Made by a program: the position numbers and the translations under genes
Assembly (NCBI GenBank): GCA_044224875.1
Contig: JBGAJQ010000002.1
Span: 96,001 to 160,000 of the forward strand
Source of the DNA: Gemmatimonadaceae bacterium
Lineage (GTDB): Bacteria > Gemmatimonadota > Gemmatimonadetes > Gemmatimonadales > Gemmatimonadaceae
Direction of reading: 5' to 3'
Length of the DNA stretch: 64,000 nt
The notes under the pieces: generated by a model
Seen by the model: the letters and a program-made list of their open reading frames with translations, nothing else
What the model was told of the DNA's origin: nothing
The model's database searches: none
Shown: one piece after another, positions 21,110 through 31,726 of the stretch
How the letters are laid out: the number at the start of each line of letters is the position of its first letter
Position numbering within the stretch: the first letter of the stretch is position 1

Positions 21110-21684
21110 GCCTGGGAATGCCGAGCGAACTCGCTGACTACCAGCGACAATTCATGGAAGTTCGTCAGCGTGCAGCCGCACTCACCGAGTCGTTGACGAG
21201 CGATCAATTCAACTGGCGACCCGGCCCCGATCGGTGGTCGATCGGGGAGTGTTTCGAACACCTGAATGTGACCGCCCGACGGTACCAGGAAAACATGACG
21301 CGCGCGATTGCCGACGGGCGCGCGCGCGGCCTGTACGGATCGGGCGCGCCAGCCAAGTACGGATGGTTTTCGCGCTGGTTCGAGGGGCAACTCGAGCCAC
21401 CGCCGAAGCGCCGCATGAAGGCACCGCCGGCCTTTCAGTTCACGCCCGCTGCGTCGATGGAGAAGGGGTCCGTTATGGAGCAGTTTTCAGCGCGCGGGAA
21501 AACGTGGCTGGAATTGCTCGAGGCGTGTGAGGGATTGGACGTTGCCCGCGTGAAGGTCGTATCCCCGGCCATGGGGCTGCTGCGGTTCCCCATTGGCGCC
21601 GCATTTCGGCATCAGTTGGCGCACGAACGACGCCATCTGTGGCAGGCAAGCGCGGTGTCCAAGGCGCCCGGATTCCCGCCGTGA
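21106..21684 (+). CDS. DinB family protein
   Basis: FNWRPGPDRWSIGECFEHL and AHERRHLWQA; ATGA overlap with upstream gene. Confidence 0.88.
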   Translation: MSLGMPSELADYQRQFMEVRQRAAALTESLTSDQFNWRPGPDRWSIGECFEHLNVTARRYQENMTRAIADGRARGLYGSGAPAKYGWFSRWFEGQLEPPPKRRMKAPPAFQFTPAASMEKGSVMEQFSARGKTWLELLEACEGLDVARVKVVSPAMGLLRFPIGAAFRHQLAHERRHLWQASAVSKAPGFPP

Positions 21685-21722
21685 CGGACGCCTAACGAAC
21701 TGTAGTGTGCAGCCTCCCAGCG

Positions 21723-21753
21723 GAGGGGCATGACGCCATTCCTCATGCCCCTC
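21723..21753. terminator. Hairpin between convergent dinB-like and VPS10 genes
   Basis: GAGGGGCATGA / TCATGCCCCTC 11-bp stem. Confidence 0.65.
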
Positions 21754-21768
21754 GGCTTTCGCGGGACG

Positions 21769-24700
21769 CTAGTTCGAGATGATGGCGTTCTGGATGTTCT
21801 TTGAACGGAGCATCTGCTTGAACGCCTCCACGTCCTTGCTCATGACCTCGTCAAATTGGCGACGGATCCTTGCCAGCTCCGTGCGCAGTTGCGCCTGTAC
21901 GTCGCGTTGGGCTTGCGTGGGCGCAAAGTCCGAACTGGTCACGGCCTGCCCCAGATACACGATCTTCTCGCCGAGCTTGTACGGCCAGCGCAGCAGATCC
22001 TGGCCGCGTCCGGTGACGCGGAGCTGGGTGAGCTGTTCCTCCACGGCGAGCAACTTCTTGTCCAGGGAGTCGACCTGTTCGCGCACGTCCTTCGTCTTGT
22101 CGTCGTCGCCTAACGTTGACTTGAGTGTGAGGACCTGACTGCGCACGATTTCCAGTCCGTTCACCATGTCCACGGCGCCATTGAGGTCCGTGGCGATGTC
22201 CTTGACCAGCGCAACCTGGGCACGAATCTCCTCCTCACTTCCGCCGGAGTTCGGGTCCTTCTTGACGACCACGGATTGAGTCTGCTCGCTGTCCCCGACT
22301 TTGAGCTTCACCGTGTACGTACCGGGCGCAACGAGCCAGTTACCGCGGCCGAGGCTTGGCGAGGTGCGCCCTTCGGGCGGATATCGCATCTCTGGGGTGA
22401 ACAGGGGCGCCGTGCGGAGCTTGGCCTCCTTGGTGAGGTCGGTGCGCAGATCCCACCATGCCCGATTCAGCCCGGCTTTCGCAGCGCCCTTCATCGTCCG
22501 CACGACCGTACCCGTGGCATCGGAGATGGTGATTGACGCGCTATCCTTGCTCTCGGACTTCAACCAGTAGTTGAGTGATGCCCCACCGGGCGAGTTTTGC
22601 CCGACGGTGGGGTCATACGCGACGGTGAACGGCACTTCCGTCGGCAACAACCGATACGTCTGGCGCGGGGCAAAGAAGTGCATCGGGTTGGCGACGAGCG
22701 ATGCCGACATCGTGCGGAGCGGCGTGATATCGTCGAGAATCCAGAAGCCGCGCCCGTACGTGGCGATGACCAGGTCATTATAGTGCTCCTGCACCACGAT
22801 CCAGTATACGGGAGCATGGGGCAGGCCTGACTGCAACGGCTCCCAGAGCGCCCCATCGTTGAAGCTGACGTAGACGCCGTTCTCGGTACCGGCATACAGC
22901 AGGCCCTTGCGAACCGGGTCCTCGCGCACCACGTGCACGTAGGAGAGTGGCGACTTGGGAATTCCGTTGACCAGCAAGGTCCACGTCTTGCCGAGGTCGG
23001 TCGTCTTGTAGATGTATGGGTCGCGCGAGTTCGATTGGTGCGCGTCGATCGAGAGATACGCCGTGTTCACGTCGTATGCCGACGGTTCAATGTTCGAGAT
23101 CGTGCCCCAAACCGGCGCTCCCGCCAGGTTCGACGTCAGGTCGGTCCACGTCTGCCCGCCGTCCTGGGTCAGTTGCACCTTGCCGTCATTGGTTCCGGCC
23201 CAGATCAGCCCGGCCTTGAGTTTCGATTCGGCGATGGCGAACACCACGCCGGAATACTCGACGCCGATGTTGTCCGGGGTCAGCCCGCCGTTCGCCTTCA
23301 TTCGGCTGCGATCGTTTCGCGTAAGGTCCGGCGATATGACCTGCCACGTGCGTCCCCCATTCGTGGTCATGTGGACGTGTTGGCTGCCCACGTAGACCTT
23401 GTTGTGATCGTGCGGCGAGATTGTCAGCGGGAAGGTCCACACGAAGCGGTACTTCACTTCCTCGGCGGAGTGTCCGATGGTGGCCTCCGGCCACACTTCT
23501 ACCTGCGTCGACATGTTGGTTCGCAGGTCCCATCGCGACACGATACCGCCAACCGATCCGAATCCAGACGCGCTCGACCAGACGAGGTTTGAGTCGACTG
23601 GATCTGGAGTGGCCCATCCGCTTTCACCACCGCCAACGGAGCTCCAGGAACCTCGCGGAATGCCGAATCCTCCAAACTTGCTGTCACTCGGCCCTCGCGT
23701 GGACGGACCGTCCTGTCGGTTGCCATAGAGGAAGTACGGCACCCGGTTATCGACCGCGACGTGGTACATCTGGGCGATCGGCAGCTGGATGCGATTCCAC
23801 GTCATGGTGCGGTTTTCGGTGATCGACACACCGCCGTCGGAGCTGACGATCATGCGATTGCCGTCGGTAGGATCGATCCAAATGTCGTGGTGGTCCCCGG
23901 AGGGAACCTCCTCGCCCTGTGGGTCGATGACGGTCTTGCCCCCATCGAGCGTCTTGGCCCAGTTGGCGGAAAGGAAGTACGCCTCATCCGGGTTGTCCGG
24001 CGACACACCCATGCGATTGTAGTAGTGGGTGCGACCAGCCAATTGGCGATCGATGTTCACCATCTGCCAGTTGGCTCCGGCGTCATCGGAGCGCCAAAGT
24101 CGTCCCTTGTCTGGGTCGTTCACGTTCAGTGCCGGGACTCCGTCGCCAGTCTCAATGAGCGCATAAATGCGGTTGGAGTTTGCCTTGGAGATGCCGAGTC
24201 CGATCTTGCCAATCCATTTTGTGGGCAGCCCATTGCCCGTCAGGCGCTTCCACGTTGAGCCGCCGTCGGTGGACTTCCAGATTCCGCTGCCGGGGCCACC
24301 AGAGGTCCTTCCCCATGTATGGATCTCGATCTGCCACATGCCGGCGTACAGGATGCGCGGATTGTTGGGGTCCATCACCAGCTCAGCTGCGCCGACCGAG
24401 TCATTGACGAACAGGATCTTCTCCCACGTCTTGCCGCCATCGGTGGTGCGGAAGATGCCGCGGTCGGGCTGCGGCCCGTACGCGTGGCCTAACGCGGCGA
24501 TGTAGACGACGTCCGGATTCGTCGGGTGAATGACCACACGGGATATCCGGCCCGTGTTCTCGAGGCCCATGCGGGTGAAGGATTTTCCGGCGTCTGTCGA
24601 CTTGTAGACTCCCCACCCCACGGAGATGTGCGATCGGATGAACGGCTCTCCGGTTCCTGCCCAGACGACGTTGTGGTCAGACGATGCCACAGCGATCGAG

Positions 24701-25023
24701 CCGACGGAGGACACGGGTTGGTCGTCGAAGATCGGATTCCAGTGAATCCCCCCGTCGGTGGTCTTCCACAGGCCACCCGACGCGGCGCCGGCGTAGTACG
24801 TGGTTCGGTCTCCGGGAACCCCAGCAATCGACGTGACACGATTTCCCTCAGGTCCTACGTAACGCCATTTGAGCTGCGTGAATGCCGTCGAGTCGAGGAA
24901 TGACGTCGGCATCGTGCTGGCTGTCGGTGCGGTGCGGCCGCGCTGTGCCGGTGCGCTGCTCGGCGCCGTGATCACAGCTACTGCGAGCACGACGGCGAGG
25001 CGTCGACGAAGTAATCTGGGCAT
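21769..25023 (-). CDS. Large secreted VPS10/sortilin-like BNR-repeat protein (glycosyl-hydrolase-like)
   Basis: WRYVGP..GNRV, GGLWKTTDGG, multiple SxDxGxxW Asp-boxes, DHHDIWIDP, ATYGRGFWILDD, C-terminal coiled coil. Confidence 0.88.
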   Translation of the reverse strand: MPRLLRRRLAVVLAVAVITAPSSAPAQRGRTAPTASTMPTSFLDSTAFTQLKWRYVGPEGNRVTSIAGVPGDRTTYYAGAASGGLWKTTDGGIHWNPIFDDQPVSSVGSIAVASSDHNVVWAGTGEPFIRSHISVGWGVYKSTDAGKSFTRMGLENTGRISRVVIHPTNPDVVYIAALGHAYGPQPDRGIFRTTDGGKTWEKILFVNDSVGAAELVMDPNNPRILYAGMWQIEIHTWGRTSGGPGSGIWKSTDGGSTWKRLTGNGLPTKWIGKIGLGISKANSNRIYALIETGDGVPALNVNDPDKGRLWRSDDAGANWQMVNIDRQLAGRTHYYNRMGVSPDNPDEAYFLSANWAKTLDGGKTVIDPQGEEVPSGDHHDIWIDPTDGNRMIVSSDGGVSITENRTMTWNRIQLPIAQMYHVAVDNRVPYFLYGNRQDGPSTRGPSDSKFGGFGIPRGSWSSVGGGESGWATPDPVDSNLVWSSASGFGSVGGIVSRWDLRTNMSTQVEVWPEATIGHSAEEVKYRFVWTFPLTISPHDHNKVYVGSQHVHMTTNGGRTWQVISPDLTRNDRSRMKANGGLTPDNIGVEYSGVVFAIAESKLKAGLIWAGTNDGKVQLTQDGGQTWTDLTSNLAGAPVWGTISNIEPSAYDVNTAYLSIDAHQSNSRDPYIYKTTDLGKTWTLLVNGIPKSPLSYVHVVREDPVRKGLLYAGTENGVYVSFNDGALWEPLQSGLPHAPVYWIVVQEHYNDLVIATYGRGFWILDDITPLRTMSASLVANPMHFFAPRQTYRLLPTEVPFTVAYDPTVGQNSPGGASLNYWLKSESKDSASITISDATGTVVRTMKGAAKAGLNRAWWDLRTDLTKEAKLRTAPLFTPEMRYPPEGRTSPSLGRGNWLVAPGTYTVKLKVGDSEQTQSVVVKKDPNSGGSEEEIRAQVALVKDIATDLNGAVDMVNGLEIVRSQVLTLKSTLGDDDKTKDVREQVDSLDKKLLAVEEQLTQLRVTGRGQDLLRWPYKLGEKIVYLGQAVTSSDFAPTQAQRDVQAQLRTELARIRRQFDEVMSKDVEAFKQMLRSKNIQNAIISN

Positions 25024-25252
25024 CAAGAATGCTCTCGGCTCAAAGTGGGACGACGTGGTGCACTCGTTGCTCGCTTCCCGTGGTGATTCAACGGGTTCAA
25101 CCTGCGCTTTCAGGTGCGAGGCACGTACGAGGCTGGGAGAATCATCTGGCAGGACGGGTGCGACCGCAAGTTGATCGTGTCGCGATGTCCTACGGCGTCC
25201 GCCGCCCCTAAACACGTGGGAGAAATGCGAAATTCAACATGGGGCGAGTCGG

Positions 25253-25702
25253 CTAGGACTGCTCCGCGCGCAACACGGCCCCGGTGGTGCCTGTCGCACG
25301 ATCGTAGGTGACGATGTGTGCCCATTCATCGGCGTCCGATCGCGCGACGACCGCGACCACCGGTTCCGTCGCGCTCATGTTGAACACCTCGTGCGGCACG
25401 CCCGGCTCGATGTAGATGAAGTCCCCCGCCTCGTTTTCGATCGACTGTTCGAGCTTGTGCCCGTACTCGTGGCGGACGCGACCCTGCAGTATGTACAACA
25501 TCACTTCGAATCCAACGTGTACATGCGCGTAGGCGACGCCCCTGGGCGGCACGGTGGCGACATTCATCGACAGGTGTTTCACATTGACGTTCTTCGCGGA
25601 AAGGCCCACCTGATACTGGATTCCATTCCACGCGCGCACGGTCTCTCCGCCTCGAATCACCGAGATTCCGTCGTGGTGCTCCACGCAGTTCCGAAGGTCC
25701 AT
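25253..25702 (-). CDS. Cupin domain protein
   Basis: AHVHVGFE and GDFIYIEPGVPHEVFN cupin motifs. Confidence 0.88.
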   Translation of the reverse strand: MDLRNCVEHHDGISVIRGGETVRAWNGIQYQVGLSAKNVNVKHLSMNVATVPPRGVAYAHVHVGFEVMLYILQGRVRHEYGHKLEQSIENEAGDFIYIEPGVPHEVFNMSATEPVVAVVARSDADEWAHIVTYDRATGTTGAVLRAEQS

Positions 25703-25751
25703 AAATGCTCCTACTTAGGAAGGATCGAAACGATGGTGAGTGCGCGCACGG

Positions 25752-26612
25752 TCAGAAGTAGGGCGCGGTGGCAGGCAACGTGGCGCCGCAGCGGCACGTC
25801 GCCGTCTTCTCGCTGTCCTCCATCTGGCCGCACGACGTGCACCGAATCCAGCTTGGGTTGATTCTGACGGGGGCCCACACGGACGTCCACCCGCCGGCCG
25901 AAAGCTCGTTGAAGAAGGCCGGCATCGCCGATTTGTGCGTACCATCCTGCATCATGCGTCGCGGCGCCTCCGCGCTATCCCACGCCGCAAATGTCATCAT
26001 GCGGTCGCCGACGGTTGCCAAGGTCAACCCCGCGAACCCCGGCTGCGACGGCAACTCGGCCGCGATCACGCGACTGAATTCGCGAACCTTACCGATCTCT
26101 TCTGCCGAGCGTGTGCGCAGGACGGTGATGCTGAAGGCGCCAGGTTTTGCGGTACTCGTTCCGCCGACGCGAATAGACGTGCCGAACTGGAACGGGCCAA
26201 CTTCCTGGGGCTGCGTGATCACGCTCATGCCAAGCTGCCGAGGCATCTCGGTGCTATCGAAGTACCCGCGGACTGAGGTGATTCCTTGCGGGCCTACCCT
26301 AATGAAGTCGGCGCCCGGCAGCACGACCGCCTTGCCCGTGGGCGGAAGGCCTCGCATGGAACCGCGGTTGGTTCCGTACATCATCCATTGGGCGGCAACG
26401 CCGCCGGGAATGGCATCCTCGCTGAGGAAGTCGAAGCGCAGGTCCGGGAGGGCGCTCCACAGTCCGGCAGCGTAGGTCCCGATCGCGTCACCACGAAGTG
26501 CGCCGCCGGACGCCGGATCTTCATAGGTGCCGTCAGGTGCAAACGTGGACACAATGGCGGCGGCATCGTGGGCATTCCACGCATCGAAGTAGCGACGGAC
26601 GACATCGTTCAT
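25752..26612 (-). CDS. SnoaL-like/ester cyclase domain protein with central alpha/beta domain and C-terminal Cys ribbon
   Basis: VRRYFDAWNAHD, GTNRG..GLPPTGK, RGYFD; C-terminal CTSC-x11-CRCG. Confidence 0.8.
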   Translation of the reverse strand: MNDVVRRYFDAWNAHDAAAIVSTFAPDGTYEDPASGGALRGDAIGTYAAGLWSALPDLRFDFLSEDAIPGGVAAQWMMYGTNRGSMRGLPPTGKAVVLPGADFIRVGPQGITSVRGYFDSTEMPRQLGMSVITQPQEVGPFQFGTSIRVGGTSTAKPGAFSITVLRTRSAEEIGKVREFSRVIAAELPSQPGFAGLTLATVGDRMMTFAAWDSAEAPRRMMQDGTHKSAMPAFFNELSAGGWTSVWAPVRINPSWIRCTSCGQMEDSEKTATCRCGATLPATAPYF

Positions 26613-26772
26613 AACCCTATCCTCTGAATCGCGAGTGCGTATCATGCGCTACGTACTGGCAAGCGCCAGACGTTGTTGATGAGTCCGAACGTCTCGATGC
26701 GCGACGCCAACGGCCGACACCGGTACGAGCAGCGCCAGAAGATGGCGCGCAGGACCGGACTTTGGGAGGCGG

Positions 26773-27225
26773 CTACTTCGGCGTCGTCGGGTGTTCGAGG
26801 TACTGGCGTAAGTAGTCAACCGCCAATGGCCACCCATCCACGACGGCGTTGTAGAACCAGTCCCACGCGGCACCGTCGCGGTACCCACTCTGCAGGACCG
26901 TCGCTCGCGTCTGGCGGAGACCCACGCGTTCCGCCGACACCTCCAGCTCCATCGGGCCAAAGATTCCGTGCTCCGGGTTGAAGTACGTGAAATGGTCGAT
27001 ACGAAGTTCACGGTCCGGGTCCAGGGCGACGATCGTGCCGGTCGAGACATACTGATACCCTTTTTCGGACACGCCCCACCCGATCGCGTAGAGCCCGTTC
27101 ACCTGCGGTTCCACAAGCGTGCGATCGGCACGCCACCACCCCTGGAGGTCGATCGGGTCCAGGAACGCGCGGATCACACGGGACGGCTCCACGAACATGA
27201 CGGATTGGGCACGGACGGCTCTCAT
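26773..27225 (-). CDS. SRPBCC / AHSA1-START domain protein
   Basis: P..V..AF.DP..L..WW, G.I....PDR.L, GW..A...LRQYLE; GGAG RBS. Confidence 0.8.
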   Translation of the reverse strand: MRAVRAQSVMFVEPSRVIRAFLDPIDLQGWWRADRTLVEPQVNGLYAIGWGVSEKGYQYVSTGTIVALDPDRELRIDHFTYFNPEHGIFGPMELEVSAERVGLRQTRATVLQSGYRDGAAWDWFYNAVVDGWPLAVDYLRQYLEHPTTPK

Positions 27226-27364
27226 CGTTAGGCTCCCGTGGGGGCGACGGTGTTTGGCATCGATCATAGCGTTGCGCGACCTTCGCCGATAGCACGGATA
27301 GCCCAACGCCGTGGGCCTCCGTATCTTCTTCACCTTGCATCATCCGAATCCATCCTTCACACGC

Positions 27365-28537
27365 ATGCCATTCCACGAACGACCGACCTTCCCCAGGGGC
27401 TACCGTTGCGCCAGTCGGAATGTCGGCTTGAAGCCTGACGCCAAGGATCTCGCGCTCTTCGTGAGCGAGGTGGATGCGACCGCGGCTGCGGTCTTCACGC
27501 GCAATCACTTTCCGGGCGCACCCATCATCGTCGGTCGCGAGATCCTGCCAGCGGGAGGAGGACACCTTCGGGCCATCGTTGCCAACAGCAAGTGCAGCAA
27601 CGTGGCGACGGGAGCGGCTGGCGTTGAAAACGCGCGCCGAATGGCACGCGCGGCGGCTGCCGAAGTCGGCACACAACCGGATCTGGTGCTCGTCAGCTCG
27701 ACGGGCGTGATTGGTGTGCCACTCCCGATCGAGAAGATTGAACTCGGCATCCGCGGGATGCGCGGCGACTTGCAGGCGGACCCGCTTGTCGGCGCGCATG
27801 GGATCATGACCACGGACACGTACGCCAAGGCGCTGTCGGTCAGCGTAGGGGAGGCGACGATCACGTGGGTCGCCAAGGGCTCTGGGATGATCGAGCCGAA
27901 CATGGCGACCATGCTTGCCTACATCTTCACGGACGCGTCAATGGATGCTCCCACACTGGACGCCATGTTGCGCCGAGTGGTTGAGCAATCGTTCAACATG
28001 CTCTCGGTGGATGGGGATACGAGTACGTCAGACACGTGCGTGATCATGGCGAATGGTCTTGCCGGCCCCGTCGACGCCGCGGCGTTCGAGGCGGCGCTGT
28101 TGGTGGGGTGCATCCGCATGACGGAGCTGTTGGCCCGGGACGGTGAGGGGGCGGAGCACCTGTTACGGACGCATGTGCGTGAGGCGGCGACGCGCGCCGA
28201 GGCGCGCCGGATTGCCAAGGCACTCATCAATTCTCCGCTGGTGAAGACGATGGTGCATGGTGCCGATCCGAATGTCGGACGCATCCTGATGGCGGTGGGG
28301 AAGTGTTTCGAGTGCACCATCGACCCCGTTCGCACCCAGGCGTGGATCAATGGATATCAGGTGGTCCGGGACGGCGCGCGAGTGGCGTTTGACGACGCGG
28401 TCGTGCGGGCCGCGCTCGCCAAGGAAGACGTCGATATCGAGGTGGCGTTAGGTGTCGGGGCCGGTGCCGCGACCGCGTACGGTTGCGACCTGACGAAGGG
28501 CTACATCGAGGAGAACGCCGCGTACTACTCGAGCTGA
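27365..28537 (+). CDS. argJ: Bifunctional ornithine acetyltransferase / N-acetylglutamate synthase
   Basis: VFTRN, SSTGVIG, IMTTDT, KGSGMIEPNMATML, DGDTSTSDT, ARDGEGA, GCDLTKGYI. Confidence 0.95.
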   Translation: MPFHERPTFPRGYRCASRNVGLKPDAKDLALFVSEVDATAAAVFTRNHFPGAPIIVGREILPAGGGHLRAIVANSKCSNVATGAAGVENARRMARAAAAEVGTQPDLVLVSSTGVIGVPLPIEKIELGIRGMRGDLQADPLVGAHGIMTTDTYAKALSVSVGEATITWVAKGSGMIEPNMATMLAYIFTDASMDAPTLDAMLRRVVEQSFNMLSVDGDTSTSDTCVIMANGLAGPVDAAAFEAALLVGCIRMTELLARDGEGAEHLLRTHVREAATRAEARRIAKALINSPLVKTMVHGADPNVGRILMAVGKCFECTIDPVRTQAWINGYQVVRDGARVAFDDAVVRAALAKEDVDIEVALGVGAGAATAYGCDLTKGYIEENAAYYSS

Positions 28538-28639
28538 GTCGACCCTCACGCGTGGTCTTCTGGGCCTTGACGTTGGTCCGCGCCACTGGGAAGGTTGAGC
28601 AGCCTGCGTTTCCGACGTTCTACTCAACCTGTCGATCAC

Positions 28640-31486
28640 ATGTCGTTTGCCGTACTTGGTGTGTTGCTCGTGCTGCAGGGGGTGGGGGCGGGGGTGGCCG
28701 TGCGGGAGCCCGCGATGTCGCCGCAGGGCCAGTTGGCGGCGTCGGTCGATGGTGATCTGTGGCTCCGGACGACCAATGGGCGGTGGGCGCGCCTGACGTC
28801 AGGACCCGCATGGGACCGGCAACCTGCCTGGAGCGCCGACGGAACATCCCTGGTCTTTGCGTCGGACCGGAGCGGGCACGGTGACATTTACCGCCTCGCA
28901 GTCCGCGGCGATGCGGCGGCCAAACCCGAACGCCTAACGAATAGTGATCAGGTCGAGGGGGAGCCCTGGGTGTCACCGTCCGGTGTCGTGTATTTCGTGC
29001 GTGGGGATGGCAGTACGGCCAGAATCTGGGTCCGCCAGGCGGACGGCACCGAGAAGCGCCTGACGAGGGCTGAGGTCCCCGAACGATGGCCCGTAGTTTC
29101 TCCTGACGGCAACCGGCTCGTGTATGTGCAGCTGGGTGAAACCAGTCGTCGCGTGCATGTACGTGTGCTGGCGACGGACAAGGACAGCGTCGTCCTTGGC
29201 GATCGGGCGCCCGAGCGCGTCACGTGGTCTCCCGATGGCGACCGTCTCGTCTTCTACTCACCAACACCCCGAGCCGGTATCTGGGTTGCTGCTGACGATG
29301 GTCGGTACGTCAACTACGTCAGTGCGCGACGCGGCGACCCTGTCTGGAGCGCCGACGGCCGTCAGATCGTCATTGGTGAGCGGTTTGCCGACGATGCCGG
29401 GTACAACGGCGATCCGGATCGGATGGGCGACCGCGCCATCGCGGAACAGTTGGGAGGCGCCGACGGACTCCTCTCAATCACGGCGCCCGAACCACCCGAT
29501 GCGGGACGACGCGCCGTATCCGGTCCGGCGATCGTGGACCGGCGCATGCGAAACGCTGACGCGTTCGACCGATTCTGGGAGCGCATGGACGCTACGTACT
29601 TTCGGGCGGTAGATGCCAACGATCGTCACGCCGCGTGGGTCGCCATAAAGGAACGGCTGCGGCCGCAGGCCCTTGTCGCCAGCTCCGACGCGGCGTTGGC
29701 CAAGGTTGTGCATCAGGCGGTGTTGGAGCGGCCGGTGTTGCGCACGGAGGTGACCGGTCGCGCTGCCGTTTCCAGCGCGCATCCCGTCGCGACGGCGGCG
29801 GGAGTCGAGATGCTAGCCAAGGGTGGGAATGTGGTCGATGCCGCCGTGGCGGTTTCCTTCGCGCTTGGCGTGGTGGAACCTGACGCGTCGGGCGTTGGTG
29901 GGTATGGTGAGATGCTGGTGAACCTCAGTGGCATGGCGCGGCCGACACTGATCGAGTTCATGGCGCGTGTGCCGGAGGAGGCGACGCTCTCCAATGCGTC
30001 GCTGCTGGAGAACGGGCGGTACCCGTCGGATGGGCCCATGCTCGCCATGGTGCCCGGAACGGTGGCCGCGATGTACCAGGCGTGGCAGCGATTCGGGTCC
30101 AAGAAGATCCCGTGGGCCGATCTGGTGGCGCCGGCGATCCGCGCGGCGAAGGATGGCTACGTGGTGAGTGACGGGCTGGCCACGACACTCGAGACGGAGC
30201 GAGAACGATTCACCAAGTACGAATCGAGCAAGACCCTGTTCTTCCGGAACGGTTCACCGCTCAAGGCGGGCGACACACTCAAGAACCCGGACTTGGCGTG
30301 GACCCTCGAACAAATCGCCAAGAATGGCCACGATGGCTTCTACAAGGGCGACGTGGCTCGACGGTTGGTGAACGACCTTCGGGGCAAGGGCAACGCGATG
30401 AAGCTGACGGATCTGTCGCGGTACTTTGCCGCGGAACGAGTGCCGGTCGAGGGAACGTACCGCGGGTTGAGCGTGTTCTCCAGCGCACCGCCAGCCGGCG
30501 GAGGCGTGACGCTCGTGTCGCAGCTGAATGCGCTGGAGCACATCTCCGCACCACGGCGGTACACCGACGACGCGGCGACCCTGCACGCCATGATCTCGGC
30601 CTGGCAGCTCATACCGTCGTCGAGAAACCGTGTGGCGGATCCTTCGCTCTGGCCAGTGAATATCGAGCCGTTTCAGAACAAGGACACTGCGGCCGTGCGT
30701 TGGAAGTGCTTTGACCCGGCCCGCGCGTTGACGCCAGCGGCGTTTCGGGGAGATACGCTGAGCTGCAACACCTCGAGGGACGCCAGTGGATCCGGGTCGC
30801 GCGACGAGGATCGTGGCGATGACGCCTCCCCCACGGAGTGCGAGGGACAGCCCGATCACGCCGCCGGCGCGATCTGCCGACCGCAAGGCACCACGGCGTT
30901 CACGGTGGCTGACGGCGACGGGAACGCCGTAGTCGTCACCCAGACCCTCGGCACATGGGGTGGGAACTTCTACGTCACGCCGGGGCTCGGCTTCCTGTAC
31001 AACGACAAGCTGACGTCCTATGGAACGGATCCGTCAGCCTATGGCGCGCGCCTTCCGTACGCACGGCACGGCAGTTCGATCGCGCCAACGATTGTCATGG
31101 AGGGGAGTGGTGAGCGGCGCCGCCCGCTGCTGACCGTTGCGGCGGCGGGGAATGCGTGGATCAACGCCGCCGTCTTTCAGACACTCGTGGGAGTGATCGA
31201 CTTCGGGCTTACCCCCCAACGCGCGTTGGAGCTGCCGAGGTTCCTCCCGTCGCAGCGCGGGGGAGCGTTTGGACCGGCTGGTCCGCGCGAGTTCGTGGTC
31301 GACATCGAGGACGGCTACGATCCCGACGTCATTGCCCAGCTCAAGGCGATCGGACATCACTTCAACGTCATCTCGCTTCCCGGCGAATTGCGGATGGGGT
31401 ATGGTGCGGCGATCAAGATCGGACCTGGCACCGTCACCGCCGGGGGCGATCCTCGGCGCTCTGGGACGGCGGGAGCTATTCCATAG
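28640..31486 (+). CDS. Secreted fusion: TolB/PD40 beta-propeller, helical linker and gamma-glutamyltransferase-like Ntn hydrolase
   Basis: PAWSADG, PVVSPDG, TWSPDG repeats; GGNVVDAAVA, EPDASGVGG, VPGTVA, G|TTAFTVAD cleavage site, DPRR. Confidence 0.85.
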   Translation: MSFAVLGVLLVLQGVGAGVAVREPAMSPQGQLAASVDGDLWLRTTNGRWARLTSGPAWDRQPAWSADGTSLVFASDRSGHGDIYRLAVRGDAAAKPERLTNSDQVEGEPWVSPSGVVYFVRGDGSTARIWVRQADGTEKRLTRAEVPERWPVVSPDGNRLVYVQLGETSRRVHVRVLATDKDSVVLGDRAPERVTWSPDGDRLVFYSPTPRAGIWVAADDGRYVNYVSARRGDPVWSADGRQIVIGERFADDAGYNGDPDRMGDRAIAEQLGGADGLLSITAPEPPDAGRRAVSGPAIVDRRMRNADAFDRFWERMDATYFRAVDANDRHAAWVAIKERLRPQALVASSDAALAKVVHQAVLERPVLRTEVTGRAAVSSAHPVATAAGVEMLAKGGNVVDAAVAVSFALGVVEPDASGVGGYGEMLVNLSGMARPTLIEFMARVPEEATLSNASLLENGRYPSDGPMLAMVPGTVAAMYQAWQRFGSKKIPWADLVAPAIRAAKDGYVVSDGLATTLETERERFTKYESSKTLFFRNGSPLKAGDTLKNPDLAWTLEQIAKNGHDGFYKGDVARRLVNDLRGKGNAMKLTDLSRYFAAERVPVEGTYRGLSVFSSAPPAGGGVTLVSQLNALEHISAPRRYTDDAATLHAMISAWQLIPSSRNRVADPSLWPVNIEPFQNKDTAAVRWKCFDPARALTPAAFRGDTLSCNTSRDASGSGSRDEDRGDDASPTECEGQPDHAAGAICRPQGTTAFTVADGDGNAVVVTQTLGTWGGNFYVTPGLGFLYNDKLTSYGTDPSAYGARLPYARHGSSIAPTIVMEGSGERRRPLLTVAAAGNAWINAAVFQTLVGVIDFGLTPQRALELPRFLPSQRGGAFGPAGPREFVVDIEDGYDPDVIAQLKAIGHHFNVISLPGELRMGYGAAIKIGPGTVTAGGDPRRSGTAGAIP

Positions 31487-31726
31487 CAAGACGCCGCGGC
31501 GAGCAAGACAGGCCGTGAACCACGCGGCGTACTGGACAGCTGAGGGCGTGCTGGCGGGCGCGAGGCGGCCGGCTCTTGCACTCTCCGCTTGGGCTGTCGT
31601 ACCTGCTGCTGTGTGCGAGGGAGAAGGTGCAAGGTATTGGGAACCGGCAGACCTGCTTCGTGCTTTATCTGGTGGGCGCGGGCGTGACAGTCGCCACGCG
31701 CCCTCGACCCGACAACCGGAGCCAGC

